A DNA stretch of 64,000 bases from Octopus sinensis (Eukaryota), in assembly GCF_006345805.1 (NCBI RefSeq), contig NC_043009.1, positions 47,554,001-47,618,000 of the forward strand. The letters run 5' to 3'. The translations under genes were made by a program, and so were the position numbers. The notes beneath the pieces are model-generated. The model was not told where the DNA came from, did not search any database, and worked only from the letters and a program-made list of their open reading frames with translations. The first letter of the stretch is position 1; each line of letters starts with the position of its first letter. Shown piece after piece: positions 12,511-25,463 of this stretch.

Positions 12511-13502
12511 CAACTCATCTCCTAACTACACACTTAGCTGAGCAATCCTTTTTACTCAGAATTTCATCCTTCTGGAACACCTTTTGTACCACATTGACGT
12601 TTTCTTCAACTACTGAATGTCAACTGCATTTTTTGCACTAATGTTTTGGTGGGTGAGAAGCACATGTGTGTGTGTATGTGTGGAGTGTCATGTAAAGATC
12701 AATGCAACAAAAGATAGATTGATTCATCATCATCATCATCATCATTTAATGTTTGTTTTCCATGCCGGTTGGGCAATTTGACAGGAGCTGGTTTTGTCAA
12801 AAGCAGTACACTGACAGCTGTTTCGGCAAAATTTCTATGGCTGGATACCCTTCCTAATCCCAATCACTTTACATAATGTATTGAGTGCTTTTTGATTGGT
12901 AAATAAAAATGCTTTCTCAAGTTCAGACTAAAGAAATTTTGATTGGATATATCCAATTTCCTCAATAAAAGAATTAAGTAATAAAAGACAAAATTGTAAC
13001 TTTGAACATCTGTACAACTGGTTCATTTCTGAAGTGTGCCCGACTACAGATTTCATCACATTTTAATGTCACATGGAGAAAGCTACATAATACCATCCAG
13101 ATGTATGTATGTGGTTGTTGGTGTTTAACCCTAGGTCAACCCTCATTGAACAGGGCTATGATTAAAGGCATTCAGTGACAATCCCATCATTTGGTACAAG
13201 TAGGATTACTTTGATCCATGTATTCTTCCCTTTTTAAGATGATATGATGTAATTTTAAGAGAATTTGGCTGCTATTTCTGCAAGCCAAGTGGATGCTTAG
13301 AAGCTTCCCTTTATATCTGTGATTATTTTTGTTTTAAGTGACCAACCCATTTTTTGCGGGGTAATTAGGAATGCCTTATGTGATATATCCTTTATTTAAA
13401 ACAGTATGTGCAATTTGAAGAGGATTTGGCAGTTATTTTTAGCAAGTTAGAGCAACCATATGAAGACTCCTTTATTGGCTTGTATTTGGACATGTATATG
13501 AT

Positions 13503-13711
13503 AGGGTGCTGAAAGGTTCCTGGCTTTAGGTAAAAGAAAATACAGGAGGATCAGTTAATTATGATTTTAATTTAACATATTCCGCTCTCAGATTTGTATA
13601 CATTTCGTGCAGCTGTCTTTCAGTTTTTCAAAGCCTTGTAAAAGAACTCAGAAGGTTAGGCCTCCAACCAGGCCTTTCCCAATACCCTTAAAGTCAGGAA
13701 CTTTTCAACAC
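13503..13711. mobile_element. mariner-like MITE
   Basis: Inverted termini gtgctgaaaggttcctggcttta / taaagtcaggaacttttcaacac. Confidence 0.65.
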
Positions 13712-13754
13712 AATTTGTCAGTGTGTGTGTGTGTACCTGTGACTCTGTAAATGG

Positions 13755-14043
13755 TGTAAAGCACCATCCGATTGTGGCCGTTGCCAGCCTCGTCTGGCCT
13801 CCGTGCCGGTGGCACGTAAAAAGCACCATCCGATCGTGGCCATTGCCAGCCTTGTCTGGCACATAAAAAGCACTCCTACACTCACGGAGTGGTTGGTGTT
13901 AGGAAGGGCATCAAGCTGTAGAAACACTGCCAGATCAGACTGGAGCCTGGTGCAGCCTTCTGGTTTCCCAGACCCCAGTTGAACCGTCCAACCCATGCTA
14001 GCATGGAAAGCAGACGTTAAACGATGATGATGATGATGATGAT
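13755..14043 (+). mobile_element. RTE tail-derived retroposon
   Basis: gtggcacgtaaaagcacc units and ...aacccatgctagcatggaaagcagacgttaaac(gat)n. Confidence 0.85.
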
Positions 14044-14939
14044 ATATATATATATATATATATATGAGTATGAAGGAGTATATGTATAAGTGATTGCGTA
14101 TATTTAATTCATGTAAGAATTCATAATTCTTTTGAATGTATAAATTAGATGAAATCATAAATGTGTGAGTCTATATGTCTGTATGTGTGGCATGCACATA
14201 CCTGTCTGCATGTGCATGTTGATGCAGACATCCCTGGAAACAGATTACTTCTGCATGTCTGGGTTACAAAAAGAACATGACTATAACAGTTTTAGAACCA
14301 GTTTAATGCACACTTTTTCTATAGATTAGATTTACTGTCAGCGGGAGGAAACTGTGAAATAATTGTTAGCTTAAACATCTTTCAGAAAAGTGATATTATT
14401 GATTTATTTTCTTCTATTATGATTTTTTTTGCAATTTTTATTTCTTTACATCAAACTAATTAACCTACTGACAAAATAATTAATTAATAAGAAACTAATA
14501 AAGTATCAACATATACTATTTGACTCGAGAATACTCAACACACAGACATGCTGTATCCTCTCTCTCTAGCTTTTCTACTGCTACTACGATGGCCTCTGTT
14601 CCTCAAAGCTAGCTGGTTTTGTGCTACCCCAGCTCAGATGTTCTCGTTTCACTTATCTCCTTCCTCTCATTACTTGTAATATGTCCCCACTGACAACCCA
14701 ATACAAATCACTATACCCTGTTTTTCTTTCTCTGAAAGTCAGTTCTCTGATATTCCTGTAATTGTAGTCTATAACTCGCAATTATTCAAAAGACATTAAC
14801 CACACTGGCTTCTTTGATCTGAGAGGCTCTAACAAAGGCCTTCAGCACAACCCCTCATGATACTGAAGAAATCTTTCTAAACTATTAATCTTATGTCAGA
14901 GGCATATAAATACCCTTTTAGACAAATCGCAAATTATCT

Positions 14940-15300
14940 AATAAAGGTTTCAAATTTTGATGTAAGACCAGCAACTTCAGGGACGGGATTAAGTTGATTA
15001 CAGACAAATGCAAAAACAGATAAAATGCTGCAAATGCTGGTGTATTAACAATTCTGCCAGCTTGCTGCCTTTGCGAATTATCTAATAATCCTTCCTACTA
15101 AAGGCACAAGATCTGAAATTTGGGGGAGGGGGTAAGTCAATTACATCGACCCCAGTACTCAACAGGTACTTATTTTTTCGACCTCGAAAGGATGAAAGGC
15201 AAAGTCAATCTTGGCAGCATTTGAACTCAGAACGTAAAGACAGACAAAATGCTGCAAAGTGTTTTGCCTGGCATGCTAACAATTCTACCAGCTTGCCGCC
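14940..15300 (-). mobile_element. Two SINE family B copies
   Basis: Reverse complement of the family B central domain (gaaaggatgaaaggcaaagtcaa). Confidence 0.8.
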
Positions 15301-15476
15301 TTTCTGAAATTTCCAAGAATAGCAATGTGAAATAGTGAGTAAAGGATTTGTTCATTGACTTTTATATCCATTTTTTTCCCCATGCTAGCATGGGTCACAT
15401 GAATGTATTATTGAGTCACTGTCCTACTGCTGGATGCTCTTCCTGTCTCTAACTCTTACATATTTTCTTTTACAAA

Positions 15477-16080
15477 GGCATAGCTATGTGGTTAAAAATT
15501 TATTTCCTATCCATGTGATCTTGGGTTCAGTCCCATGGCACACCACCTTCAGCAAGTGCCCTCTACTAAAACCCCAGGCCAAACAATGCCATATTAATGA
15601 ATTTGGTACATGGAAACTGAAAGAAGCCCATTATATAAGTATGTGTGTGCATGTGTGTGTTTGCGCTCTGGTTGCCACCACTACTTGATAAGCAGTGTTC
15701 ATTTGTCTACAATCTCATAACTTAGCAGTTTGACCAAAGAGATTGATAGAATAAGAACTAGGCTTTAAAAAAATAAGTATCAGGGTTGATTTACTTGACT
15801 AAACCCTTCAAAGCAGTGCCTCAGCACAACCACAGTCCAATTTGTATTTAATGTGTATCAGAGTGGTAAGGCAGTGAGCTGGAAGAATCATTACAGCACT
15901 TGCCAAAATGCTTAGTGGCATTTTGTCCATCTTTACATTCTGAGTTCAAATTCCACCAAGGTTGACATTGCTTTTATCCTTCCAGGGTCGATAAAATAAG
16001 TATCAGTCATGTTACAAGTATCATGTTATTGACTTACTTCCTGCCACAAAATTTCAGGCCTTGTGCTTAAAGCAGAAAGG
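15477..16080 (+). mobile_element. SINE family A (15477-15840) followed by SINE family B (15868-16080)
   Basis: Diagnostic family A and family B motifs in tandem. Confidence 0.8.
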
Positions 16081-16588
16081 AATATGCACCAGAATGATGA
16101 ATTGATATAAAGGTACATAAAGAAATGAAGTGGTAATCATAAAATGACTCAATTTGACATTTTACTATAGCATTGGACTACAGAAATTTTACGTACAGAG
16201 CATTCTGGTCCATGAAAGGAGAAAGTCTTCACCACAATAACAGATCTTTGAAAATGATGCTGTATTTTGTGTCTAATGTATGTATCAATACACTTTTAAT
16301 CTGATCTTAGTTATAAATAGCAACAATAGGAGTACTATGAAGAATTTAGATAGCATTACTAATATATTTACTAATAGCTTCTGATCATTAAAATAGCTAT
16401 AGTTTGCGTAGTTAATGAAAGGGTTAACTGTTTTTATATATATACACATATACATACATACATAACTGGAATTCTAAAATCTATAAATTCTAGAATATTG
16501 CGTAGTTAATGAAAGGGTTAACTGTTTTTATATATATACACATATACATACATACATAACTGGAATTCTAAAATCTATAAATTCTAGA

Positions 16589-16627
<39 letters not shown>

Positions 16628-17461
16628 ATATATATAGATATATATAGATATATACATACACATATATATACACATATACATACATACATAACTGGAATTC
16701 TAAAATCTATAATAGTAACTGGTATCACGAGCAGTACAAATGGAAAGGGTTATAGCTTTATAGACAAAAATCAGTCATTATTATTTTATCGTATTAGATT
16801 TTGATTTTTTTTATGGACTTTTTATGCCACAAACTTTTTATAGTTGAGCATTTGTTGTCTTAGTCATGAAAAAGAGTTAAAATTCTAAGTGAGTTGTATG
16901 GTTAGGAAGCTCTCTTGGCAACCAGGTGGTTTTAGGTTCAGTCTCATTGTAAGACACCTTGGGAAAGTGTCTTCTACAATAACCTCAGGCTTACAAGTGC
17001 CCTTTGAGTGAATTTGGTAGAGAGAAACTGTATGGAAGCCCATTGTACATCAACCTCCTTGTCTGTCTAAAAAGATGGGTGAATGTAGCAAGGATGGCAC
17101 GAATGAATGATGAAGCCACCTTGAGCATGATCCTATGAACCCGGAAAAATTTACTTACTTCCAAATAAATGTATTAACATGTGACATTATTGACCAAGGT
17201 TACCGTGGTCTTTCCGTAGGCTTTTCTTTCCAAGGATAAACCTTATCTGTTTCTCCCTTTACACTTTACATCATGACATTTCTGTGATACATGATCCCTA
17301 TTGATCGGTTTTTTTTTATGATCACTTTTGATCGAAAACCTACCCTCCTTTTTTTCTCCTCCCCAAAAAGAAAAGCTCTACTTTGTAATTTGTCCCCTCT
17401 GTGTTCAGCCTTGTGTAGCTAATAAAGAAACATATCTATCTATCTATATGTGTATATGTAT

Positions 17462-17525
<64 letters not shown>

Positions 17526-17531
17526 ATATAT

Positions 17532-17571
<40 letters not shown>

Positions 17572-17574
<3 letters not shown>

Positions 17575-18488
17575 TCATCATCATCATCATTGTTTAATGT
17601 CCGTTCTCCATGCTAGCATGGGTTGGACGGTTCGACCGGGGATCTGGGAAGCCAGAAGGCTGCACCAGGCTCCAGTCTTATCTGGCAGTGTTTCTACAGC
17701 TGGATGCCCTTCCTAACGCCAACCACTCCGTGAGTGTAGTGGGTGCTTTTTACGTGCCACCTGCACAGGTGCCAGGCAAAGCTGGCAATGGCCACGGTCG
17801 GATTGGTGTATTTTATGTGCCACCTGCACGGAAGCCAGTCGAGGCGGTGCTGGCATCGGCCATGAGTCGGATAGTGCTTTTTACGTACCACTAGACCAGG
17901 GATCCTGGCTGGTTCAATTCGATTTCGATTTCGCTTGCCCCAACATGTCTTCGGAAGCAAGGGGGTTGGCATGGGTGCCTGTTGTACGGTCAGATTGGTG
18001 TATTTTACGTGCCACCGGCACGGAAGCCAGTGGGGGTGGCGCTGGCATCGGCCACGAGTCGGATAGTGCTTTTTACGTACCACCAGACCAGGGAACCTGG
18101 CTGGTTCAATTCGATTTCGCTTGCCCCAACGTGTCTTCGCAAGCACGGGGGTTGGCATGGGTGCCTGTCGTACGGTCAGATTGGTGTATTTTACGTGCCA
18201 CCGGCACAGAAGCCAGTGGAGGCGGTGCTGGCATCGGCCACGAGTCGGATAGTGCTTTTTACGTACCACCAGACCAGGGATCCTGGCTGGTTCAATTCGA
18301 TTTTGACTTCGATTTCGATTTCGCTTGCCCCAACATGTCTTCGCAAGCAAAGGGGGTTGGCATGGGTGCTTGTCGTCGGATGAGGTACTATATCGACTTC
18401 GCTTGCCTCAACAGGTCTTTGTGTCCAAGGGAGGAAAGGCATTCATAAGTGGGCTGGGCTCACTTGTCCTGCCTGGTCTTCTCACGTA
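17572..18488 (-). mobile_element. 5'-truncated RTE 3' UTR with three ~190-bp internal tandem repeats
   Basis: (cat)n tail at 17572; units start at ~17795, 17987 and 18173; far end tcacttgtcctgcctggtcttctcac resembles the RTE ORF end at ~57035-57060. Confidence 0.8.
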
Positions 18489-18490
18489 CA

Positions 18491-18525
<35 letters not shown>

Positions 18526-18528
<3 letters not shown>

Positions 18529-18656
18529 GGCATACTACCAAAATATTACTAATATGCCATCGTGGGATTAGTAATATTTTGGTAGAAATGACTAATTGTC
18601 CCTCTTAGCGTGTGGCATGTATGTATTGCCATCTGGCATGTATGTATAATGCCCTC
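18526..18656. mobile_element. Small MITE in (TA)n with GAGGGCAT...ATGCCCTC termini
   Basis: tata|gagggcat ... atgccctc|tata; internal hairpin ctaccaaaatattactaat/attagtaatattttggtag. Confidence 0.65.
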
Positions 18657-18779
18657 TATATATAAATTATATGTTCAATAAGAAATAATTATTTTCGAAA
18701 TTTTTTCTCTTATGAGGTTTTCACGCTATCTACCTGACAATTTCTTGTTAGTTTCCTTTAAGTAGTTGTCCTTAATTGC

Positions 18780-18817
<38 letters not shown>

Positions 18818-18849
18818 AATAGATAGATCTTTGTATATATAATGTGCAT

Positions 18850-19360
18850 GTATGGTCTAGTGGTTAGGGTGTTGTGCTTACAATTGTAAGAATGTGATTG
18901 TGATTTCTGGACCAGGTGCTGTGTTCTTGAGTAAAACACTTTATTTCATGTTGCTCTATAAGCCACTTTGACATCTGACATCAGTACACCATGCATTTGT
19001 ACAGGTAATGTCAGCTGGATGGAGAGTGAGCTAATGTATGGCATCACTATAAACAAATCATCTGTGCAGGTTGTTAGCAAGAAGCCGTGGAACACTCATC
19101 CGTAATTTACAACAGGAGCGTCCATCATGTATATATGTGTGTGTCTTCATGTCTGTGTTGGCTGCCACCCCCACCAAATTATAACTGGTGTTGGTTCACT
19201 GAAGTCTCCATAACTTAGTGGTTCAGTAAGAGAGACTTGCTGAATAAGTGCTAGAATTAAAAAATGAATACTGGGAATGATTTGCTTGACTAAACTTGTC
19301 ATGGCATTGTCGCAGCATGGCCACGGTCCAATGACTGAAACAAGTTAAAGATAAACGATA
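18850..19360 (+). mobile_element. Degenerate tRNA-SINE plus the 3' half of family A
   Basis: tggtctagtggttagggtgttg head; homologous to 55780-56077; family A tail at ~19310-19360. Confidence 0.7.
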
Positions 19361-21425
19361 TAGTGAACTTCTTCAAAATTAACTTCAGAAAATGGTTGCT
19401 TGACTTGTTAGAAACAATAACCAAATCTCCTTCAAATCACAGCTAAGTGTCTTAAAAAGGGAAACGACACATAATCCAATATAGTCCTACTAAGAAGCCC
19501 TGATAAAAACACAAAAGTCACAACATGAATACTTTTGACCATAAGTTTACTCAATCAGAACTGACCAGGGAGTTAAAGGACAACATTTGAAAAATCTGCC
19601 TAAAGGAACCAAAGCTCTGTTTGGTGTGTTAGGGAGTTTTCAAGTTGTAATCAATATTTTCTTCACAAAACTTCAAAAAGAGAAATTATAGATTTGTATA
19701 TCTACAATACCCTAAAGCTATTTCAAAATCTGATTTTATAGATTACACACAGTAAAGAAAACAGAAAACTTATCTCTCACATCTCTTTAAAGTTGAAATA
19801 ATTATCAGAATATTTGTTGGGAATATATTCATTTTTTTTTAATCTTATAACACTTCATATGATTTTTTTGAAATCTTTCATTTCAATCTTTGAAAACTTC
19901 CTACTTCTTCAAGAGTGGCTTCAGTCTTTCACTTTGTCTTTCTGTCTTTCCTTGTAATTCCATTTTGAAGATATTTTGTAGGTTTCAAATAAATCTTTTT
20001 TTTTTTTTTTTTACCTACAACTACCTTGGCTTTCTCAGGTTTAAACTTTCCTTTGTGCATAATGTGCATGTACATGCATACATGAGTGTGTAAAAATCTC
20101 TTTTTTGGAATAATGGCTTTCAAAGCACATGTCTCACTATAGCTTGTATATATTGTGTTGGAAAACCGTTTTCAACTTCATATCTACATTTTATTCTTTA
20201 GAATTGTATGTGATGTGCATCCAGATTATTTCATATTCTCTGAAAACTTTATAAAATTCTAATGATATCAACGGTATGTATGTATGCGCGTGTGTGTGTA
20301 TGTGTGTGTGTACACTATTATTAAACAACAAAATTTACACATACATACTCAATCCATGTGAATCCTTAATGAATTTAAATTCTGCCGAGTTTAACTTTGT
20401 CTTTAATCCTTTCGGTTGATACAATAAAATAGCAGTTAAGCACTGGAGTTGATAGTACCAACTAAGCCCCTCCCCTCAAAACTGCTTCCTTTGTGCCTAA
20501 ATCAGAAACTAATTATTTTCATTTATTAATTCTCTCCATCACTCTTCTGACTATACTGCTATTCACTCAGCTGCTCTATTTCTTCAAGAGTAGGACTTAG
20601 TTCCCCTTTTGTGTTACCAGTCATCACTCTCCTTAGAACCACTTCCCTTTCTCATGCAGCCTGCATTTTCAATATCATTCTTTACTATTTCATTTTCCAC
20701 TGAATGCTCCTCCTTTCCTCTGAACACACTTTCATATCTACTGTTGATGCCTTCCTACACTTTTGTTTGTCACTCACTATTTCCATCCCTACATGCCTCT
20801 GACCTCCATCTCTGTCACTGTACATCCCTATCTCTCACCCCTACTTCCACATCACATCATCTCATTATTTCTCATCTGTCTACAGTTTTATTATACTGTT
20901 ACTATCCAACCCATCAGCCACCTAGCACATTTTCCTAACTGACTCACTTTTATTCCCCTCGCTGTTCCCTCCACAAAAAAAAAATGTATTCACCATTGAC
21001 CATGCCTCATTGTACTCAGCTCTATGCCCATCTCCAAACATCTGGCACTCTCATGAACTTACCTACCCAGCTGCCCTTTCTGATTCTGTCCCTATTTTCC
21101 CTTATATTCACCTTCTTGTACCTTGAGGGCATGCCCTGACACCTCATCACCAGTACAGGTTTCTGTCTCTCTATCATAGTTTAACCTCTCAACATATCAT
21201 GGAAAGATGCCCCTTCAATACGCCACCTCCACTCAGCTGAAGGGTCATGTCTTGTGAATTACTTGGTGACCTCAACAGCACTGGTGCCATGAAAAGTAGC
21301 AACCAGTACATTCTGTAAAGTGGCTGGTGTTGGGAAGGGCATCCAACTATAGAAACAATACCAAGACAGACACTGGATCCTGATACAGTCCTCTAACTTG
21401 TATGAGCCTGTTAAATTGTCCAAAC

Positions 21426-21620
21426 AAATGGCGCATGATGGTTGTTGTATTGGGGTGTGCTGCCACACCCAATGCCCCTAAATTTCAAGCAGGGGTATAA
21501 GTAAAGTTTTCCATTAAGATTTGTGATAATATTAATGCGTAGGATTAATGTTTATAATGAATTTGCCATTTTCAATGGGTGTGCAGAACACATCTAGCAC
21601 ACCTGGAATATACGCCCCTG
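21426..21620. mobile_element. hAT-type MITE nested in an RTE tail
   Basis: 8-bp TSD gtccaaac (21418-21425, 21621-21628); right terminus tacgcccctg; splits the RTE tail at 21240-21677. Confidence 0.7.
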
Positions 21621-22402
21621 GTCCAAACCATACCAACATGGCAGAGGGACATTAAGTGATGATGATGATGATGATGAATTCTGTTTCAAGAACACAATTT
21701 TGTAACTTCATGGTTTCAAGCTGAATCTCTGCACACAAGACCTTCAGCAAGTGTTTTCTACTGTAATCTTAGATCAACCAAATCTATATGAGTTAAATTT
21801 TGAAGACAGAGATTGCACAGAAGCCTTGGAGGAACTATTCCTTTCTTGGGCAGAAGACATATTCTATTGTCCAGTTTAATGCCAATATGTGACTCTTGGG
21901 TATATTTGGAAGAAGTAATTTTGTGGTATGTATCTAAACCAGGTTTATGCTCTGAGGATAACTTTTTCCTTTTCCCCACCAGTTCCAGAAATACTGAAAA
22001 TTGTTAATCCATTCCTTCTCTTACAAAACTACCCTTCCCCCGCAAAAAACAAAATAATTAAAAAACACAGAAAGGAAGAAAAAGTGTACAAATATATAAA
22101 GTACATCTCTGTTACACTTCCTAATGTTTACTTCATACCTAAAAATAAATAGTCAAACACCACAAGTTAGGATGTGATTTCAGTTCAGTTTTCTAATAAT
22201 TCACTAAAAAATTCCTTACAGAGTCACTTCTGTTTTCAATTTGGCATGACTTGTGTAGATTTGGTTTACATTTGGTTTCTTATTTATTTATTTTTATTGG
22301 TGATAAGATTGTTACGATGTTACAAATGTACGATAGAGTATCAAGAAACTGTTCCCTGTTCTAGTTTAAAGAAAAGAATGAAATCAAAGAGTAATATATA
22401 GC

Positions 22403-22875
22403 ATCATCATCATCATCATCAGCATCGTTTAACATCCACTTTCCATGCTGGCATGGGTTGAACGATTTGACTGAGGACTGGCGAACCACATGGCTGCACC
22501 AGACTCCAATTTGATCTGGCAGAGTTTCTACAGCTGGATGCCCTTCCTAACACCAACAACTCCAAGAGTGTAGTGGGTGTTTTTATGTGCCACCGGCATA
22601 TAAGGGCCAGTCAGGTGGTATTGGCAATGACCATGCTCAAATGGTGTTTTTTACGTGCCACCTGCACAGAAGTCTGTCCAGTGGCACTGGCAATGACCTC
22701 GCTCAAAAGGTATTTTTCATGTGCCAGTAAGGCGACACTGGTAACAATCACGCTCGAATGGTGCTTTTTACGTGCCACCTGTACAGAAGCCAGTTAGCTG
22801 GTCTGGCAATGATCACGCTCATATGGTGCTTTTAGCGCTCCACTAGCATGGATGCCAGTCATCAAATTTGATTTC
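22403..22875 (-). mobile_element. RTE tail-derived retroposon
   Basis: (cat)n followed by cgtttaacatccactttccatgctggcatgggtt and ggtgctttttacgtgccac units. Confidence 0.85.
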
Positions 22876-24130
22876 GATCGTTGCTATTGTGTAAAAAAAA
22901 TAAAGGTGAAGCAAGGGAACACCAAATATATAGTGCATGTGTTTTCATTGGCTAAACTGGCAACATGACCATCCTCGAATACAAAAATATCTGTTTCAAC
23001 ACACAAAGTCATATCAAAAATCTTGCAAAATGAATATGTAAACGTATATATTTACACTTTGAGAAAAACTTTGAATGCTTAAACTATGTACAGTAAAGCC
23101 TTAAGCCTTAGTAGGGATACATTATTTGGAAGCTACAACAATATGAGGAAGTGCATTGTGACCAGCAGGGTAAAACATGTGATAGTCTGATTGATACAGA
23201 CTATCTATCAAACCCACTCTCAAGGCTTTGGCTGGCCCAGGACAATAGTAGAAGACGCTTAAATAAAGTGCCATGCAGTGAGATTGAACTCAAAACTATG
23301 CAGTTGAGAAGCGAGTTCTTATCATACAGCCATGCCTGTGCCTGTATATGCAGATAAAGGGAACTGAAACCACAAAAGCTATCGAGAACTAGTTTACGTT
23401 CATTAGAGGTCGGTGTTAGGAAGGGTACCTAGCTGGAGAAACCAAGCAAAAAACAGGCTATGGAACCTGGTGTGGCTCCTGGTCTTGCCAGCCCCTTCAA
23501 ACTGTCCAACCCATGTCAGCTTGGAAAACAGACGTTAAATGATGATGATGATGACGATGAATGGTAATGATGACGATGATGAACTCAACAGCTCTCTGGG
23601 TAGTTAAAGCCACAGTCGCTATGACTTTTCCTTTCATACTATCAAATTTTTATGACATTGGTTCCAGTAATTTATCCAATGTTAATACAAATATGCTAAA
23701 ACCACCATACACATGACAGCAGAGGAACAATTAATGAAGAGATTTTGGAAATTATTTTGAAAAAATTTATATTGGTTGAATTGAATTCACTATACATTGT
23801 CGTTAACAAAGCAGCCCTACATCTCATCAAAATTTTATTTATGTAAATGATATTAACTTCAAATAAGGTATAGCATTTCATTATTAATATATTCCATTAA
23901 AAAAAAAAATTTGCTTAAAAAATATTGTTAAAAATATTTATCCGTGAAAAGCTTTGATACTGTGTGTACGTGTGCACATATATGCATGTGCATGTCTATG
24001 TATGTATACATGCATATTCTTGTATATGTTTCAGCCCTATGGCTGTGGCCATGCTGGGGCATCACTAGTGATATATATATATAGTTAATCCAAACAAGAA
24101 AACAAAAAACACAACAACGCGAGGACGTGG

Positions 24131-24206
<76 letters not shown>

Positions 24207-24903
24207 TTGGACCTCAAAGTACATATAAAGCTATAAATAATGACCTGTAAACATTGGGCCCAAAAACTCTCCTGGACAAGAAAAGTCAAGGGCTGTCTTC
24301 AACTTTTTCTTTTCAGGATCTCTTTTCAGTGTAGCGTTTACATGCTATTAGTTATAGCTTTCTATGTACTTTGACATTCAATTCCAAGACAGAATTATTA
24401 CATGTTCTCTCAAAAGTTTACCAATTCTTATGGTGTCAACAAAACACACACTCACACACGCATGCAGGCACACCTTGGCAATTGGTTCCAAAACATGGGA
24501 CTTAGCTTGAAAAACAATGTAACATGAAAAAACATTAAAAAAAAATTCATTAGCTTATATTTCAAGGGTGGCCAAACTGTGGCTCACGAACCACATGTGG
24601 TTCTTTGACCTTTAATATGCAGCTCATTGAAATATGTTGGCCGAGCTCCTTTTTTCATCACACTTAATATAAAGGGTAAATAAGAAAAAATTTCAAGCTT
24701 TATAATCATTTACTGGGTATGAACTGAGACCCCATTGGATTAAAACATAAGTTTAATGTTCATGGTTAATAAAAATATTTAAGAATTTAAATCCTAATTT
24801 TAATGCTAGATCTGAGTGAGGCGTTGTTCTTTAGTGCTGAGAGAAGGAATGGTGGGAGGCAGGAGGGATTGAAGAAATTTCTGGTCAGCAAGAGTTACAA
24901 AGG

Positions 24904-25307
24904 TGAGCTGGCAGAAACGTTAGCACTCCGGGTGAAATGCTTAGCGGTATTTCGTCTGCTGCTATGTTCTGAGTTCAAATTCTGCCGAGGTTGACTTTGC
25001 CTTTCATCCTTTCGGGGTCGAATAAATAAGTACCAGCACACTGGAGTCAATGTAATCGACTTAATCCATTTGTCTGTCCTTGTTTGTCCTCTGTGTTTAG
25101 CCCCTTGTGGGTAGTAAAGAAATAGGTATTTTGTCTGTCTTTACGTTCTGAGTTCAAATTACGCCAAGGTCAACTTTGCCTTTCATCCTTTTGGGGTCAA
25201 TAAATTAAGTACCAGTTATGTACTGGGGTCAATGTAATTGACTTAATCCCTTTGTCTGTCCTTGTTTGTCCCCTCTATGTTTAGCCCCTTGTGGGCAATA
25301 AAGAAAT
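24904..25307 (+). mobile_element. SINE family B dimer nested in the hAT element
   Basis: TSD aagagttacaaagg at 24890-24903 and 25308-25321. Confidence 0.9.
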
Positions 25308-25463
25308 AAGAGTTACAAAGGAATGTCAGAAGACTGAGGTCATGGGTAAGGAGATTAAATGTTTAGGTGTGCTGGGGGGTATGAGAGTGGTCACAGGTGG
25401 CTTAATGAGTCTAGGCATTACTGCACTCATGTCATGTACATTAATGCAGTATAACACCAGACA

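Noticed and set aside
17694-18448. Longest ORFs in the track (218, 167 and 133 aa)
   Set aside because: They arise from GC-rich tandem repeats in an RTE 3' UTR and are open on both strands.
21690-22000. Unique sequence with ORFs on both strands and a ttttcag acceptor
   Set aside because: No recognisable motif or donor site; cannot be distinguished from chance, though a terminal exon is not excluded.
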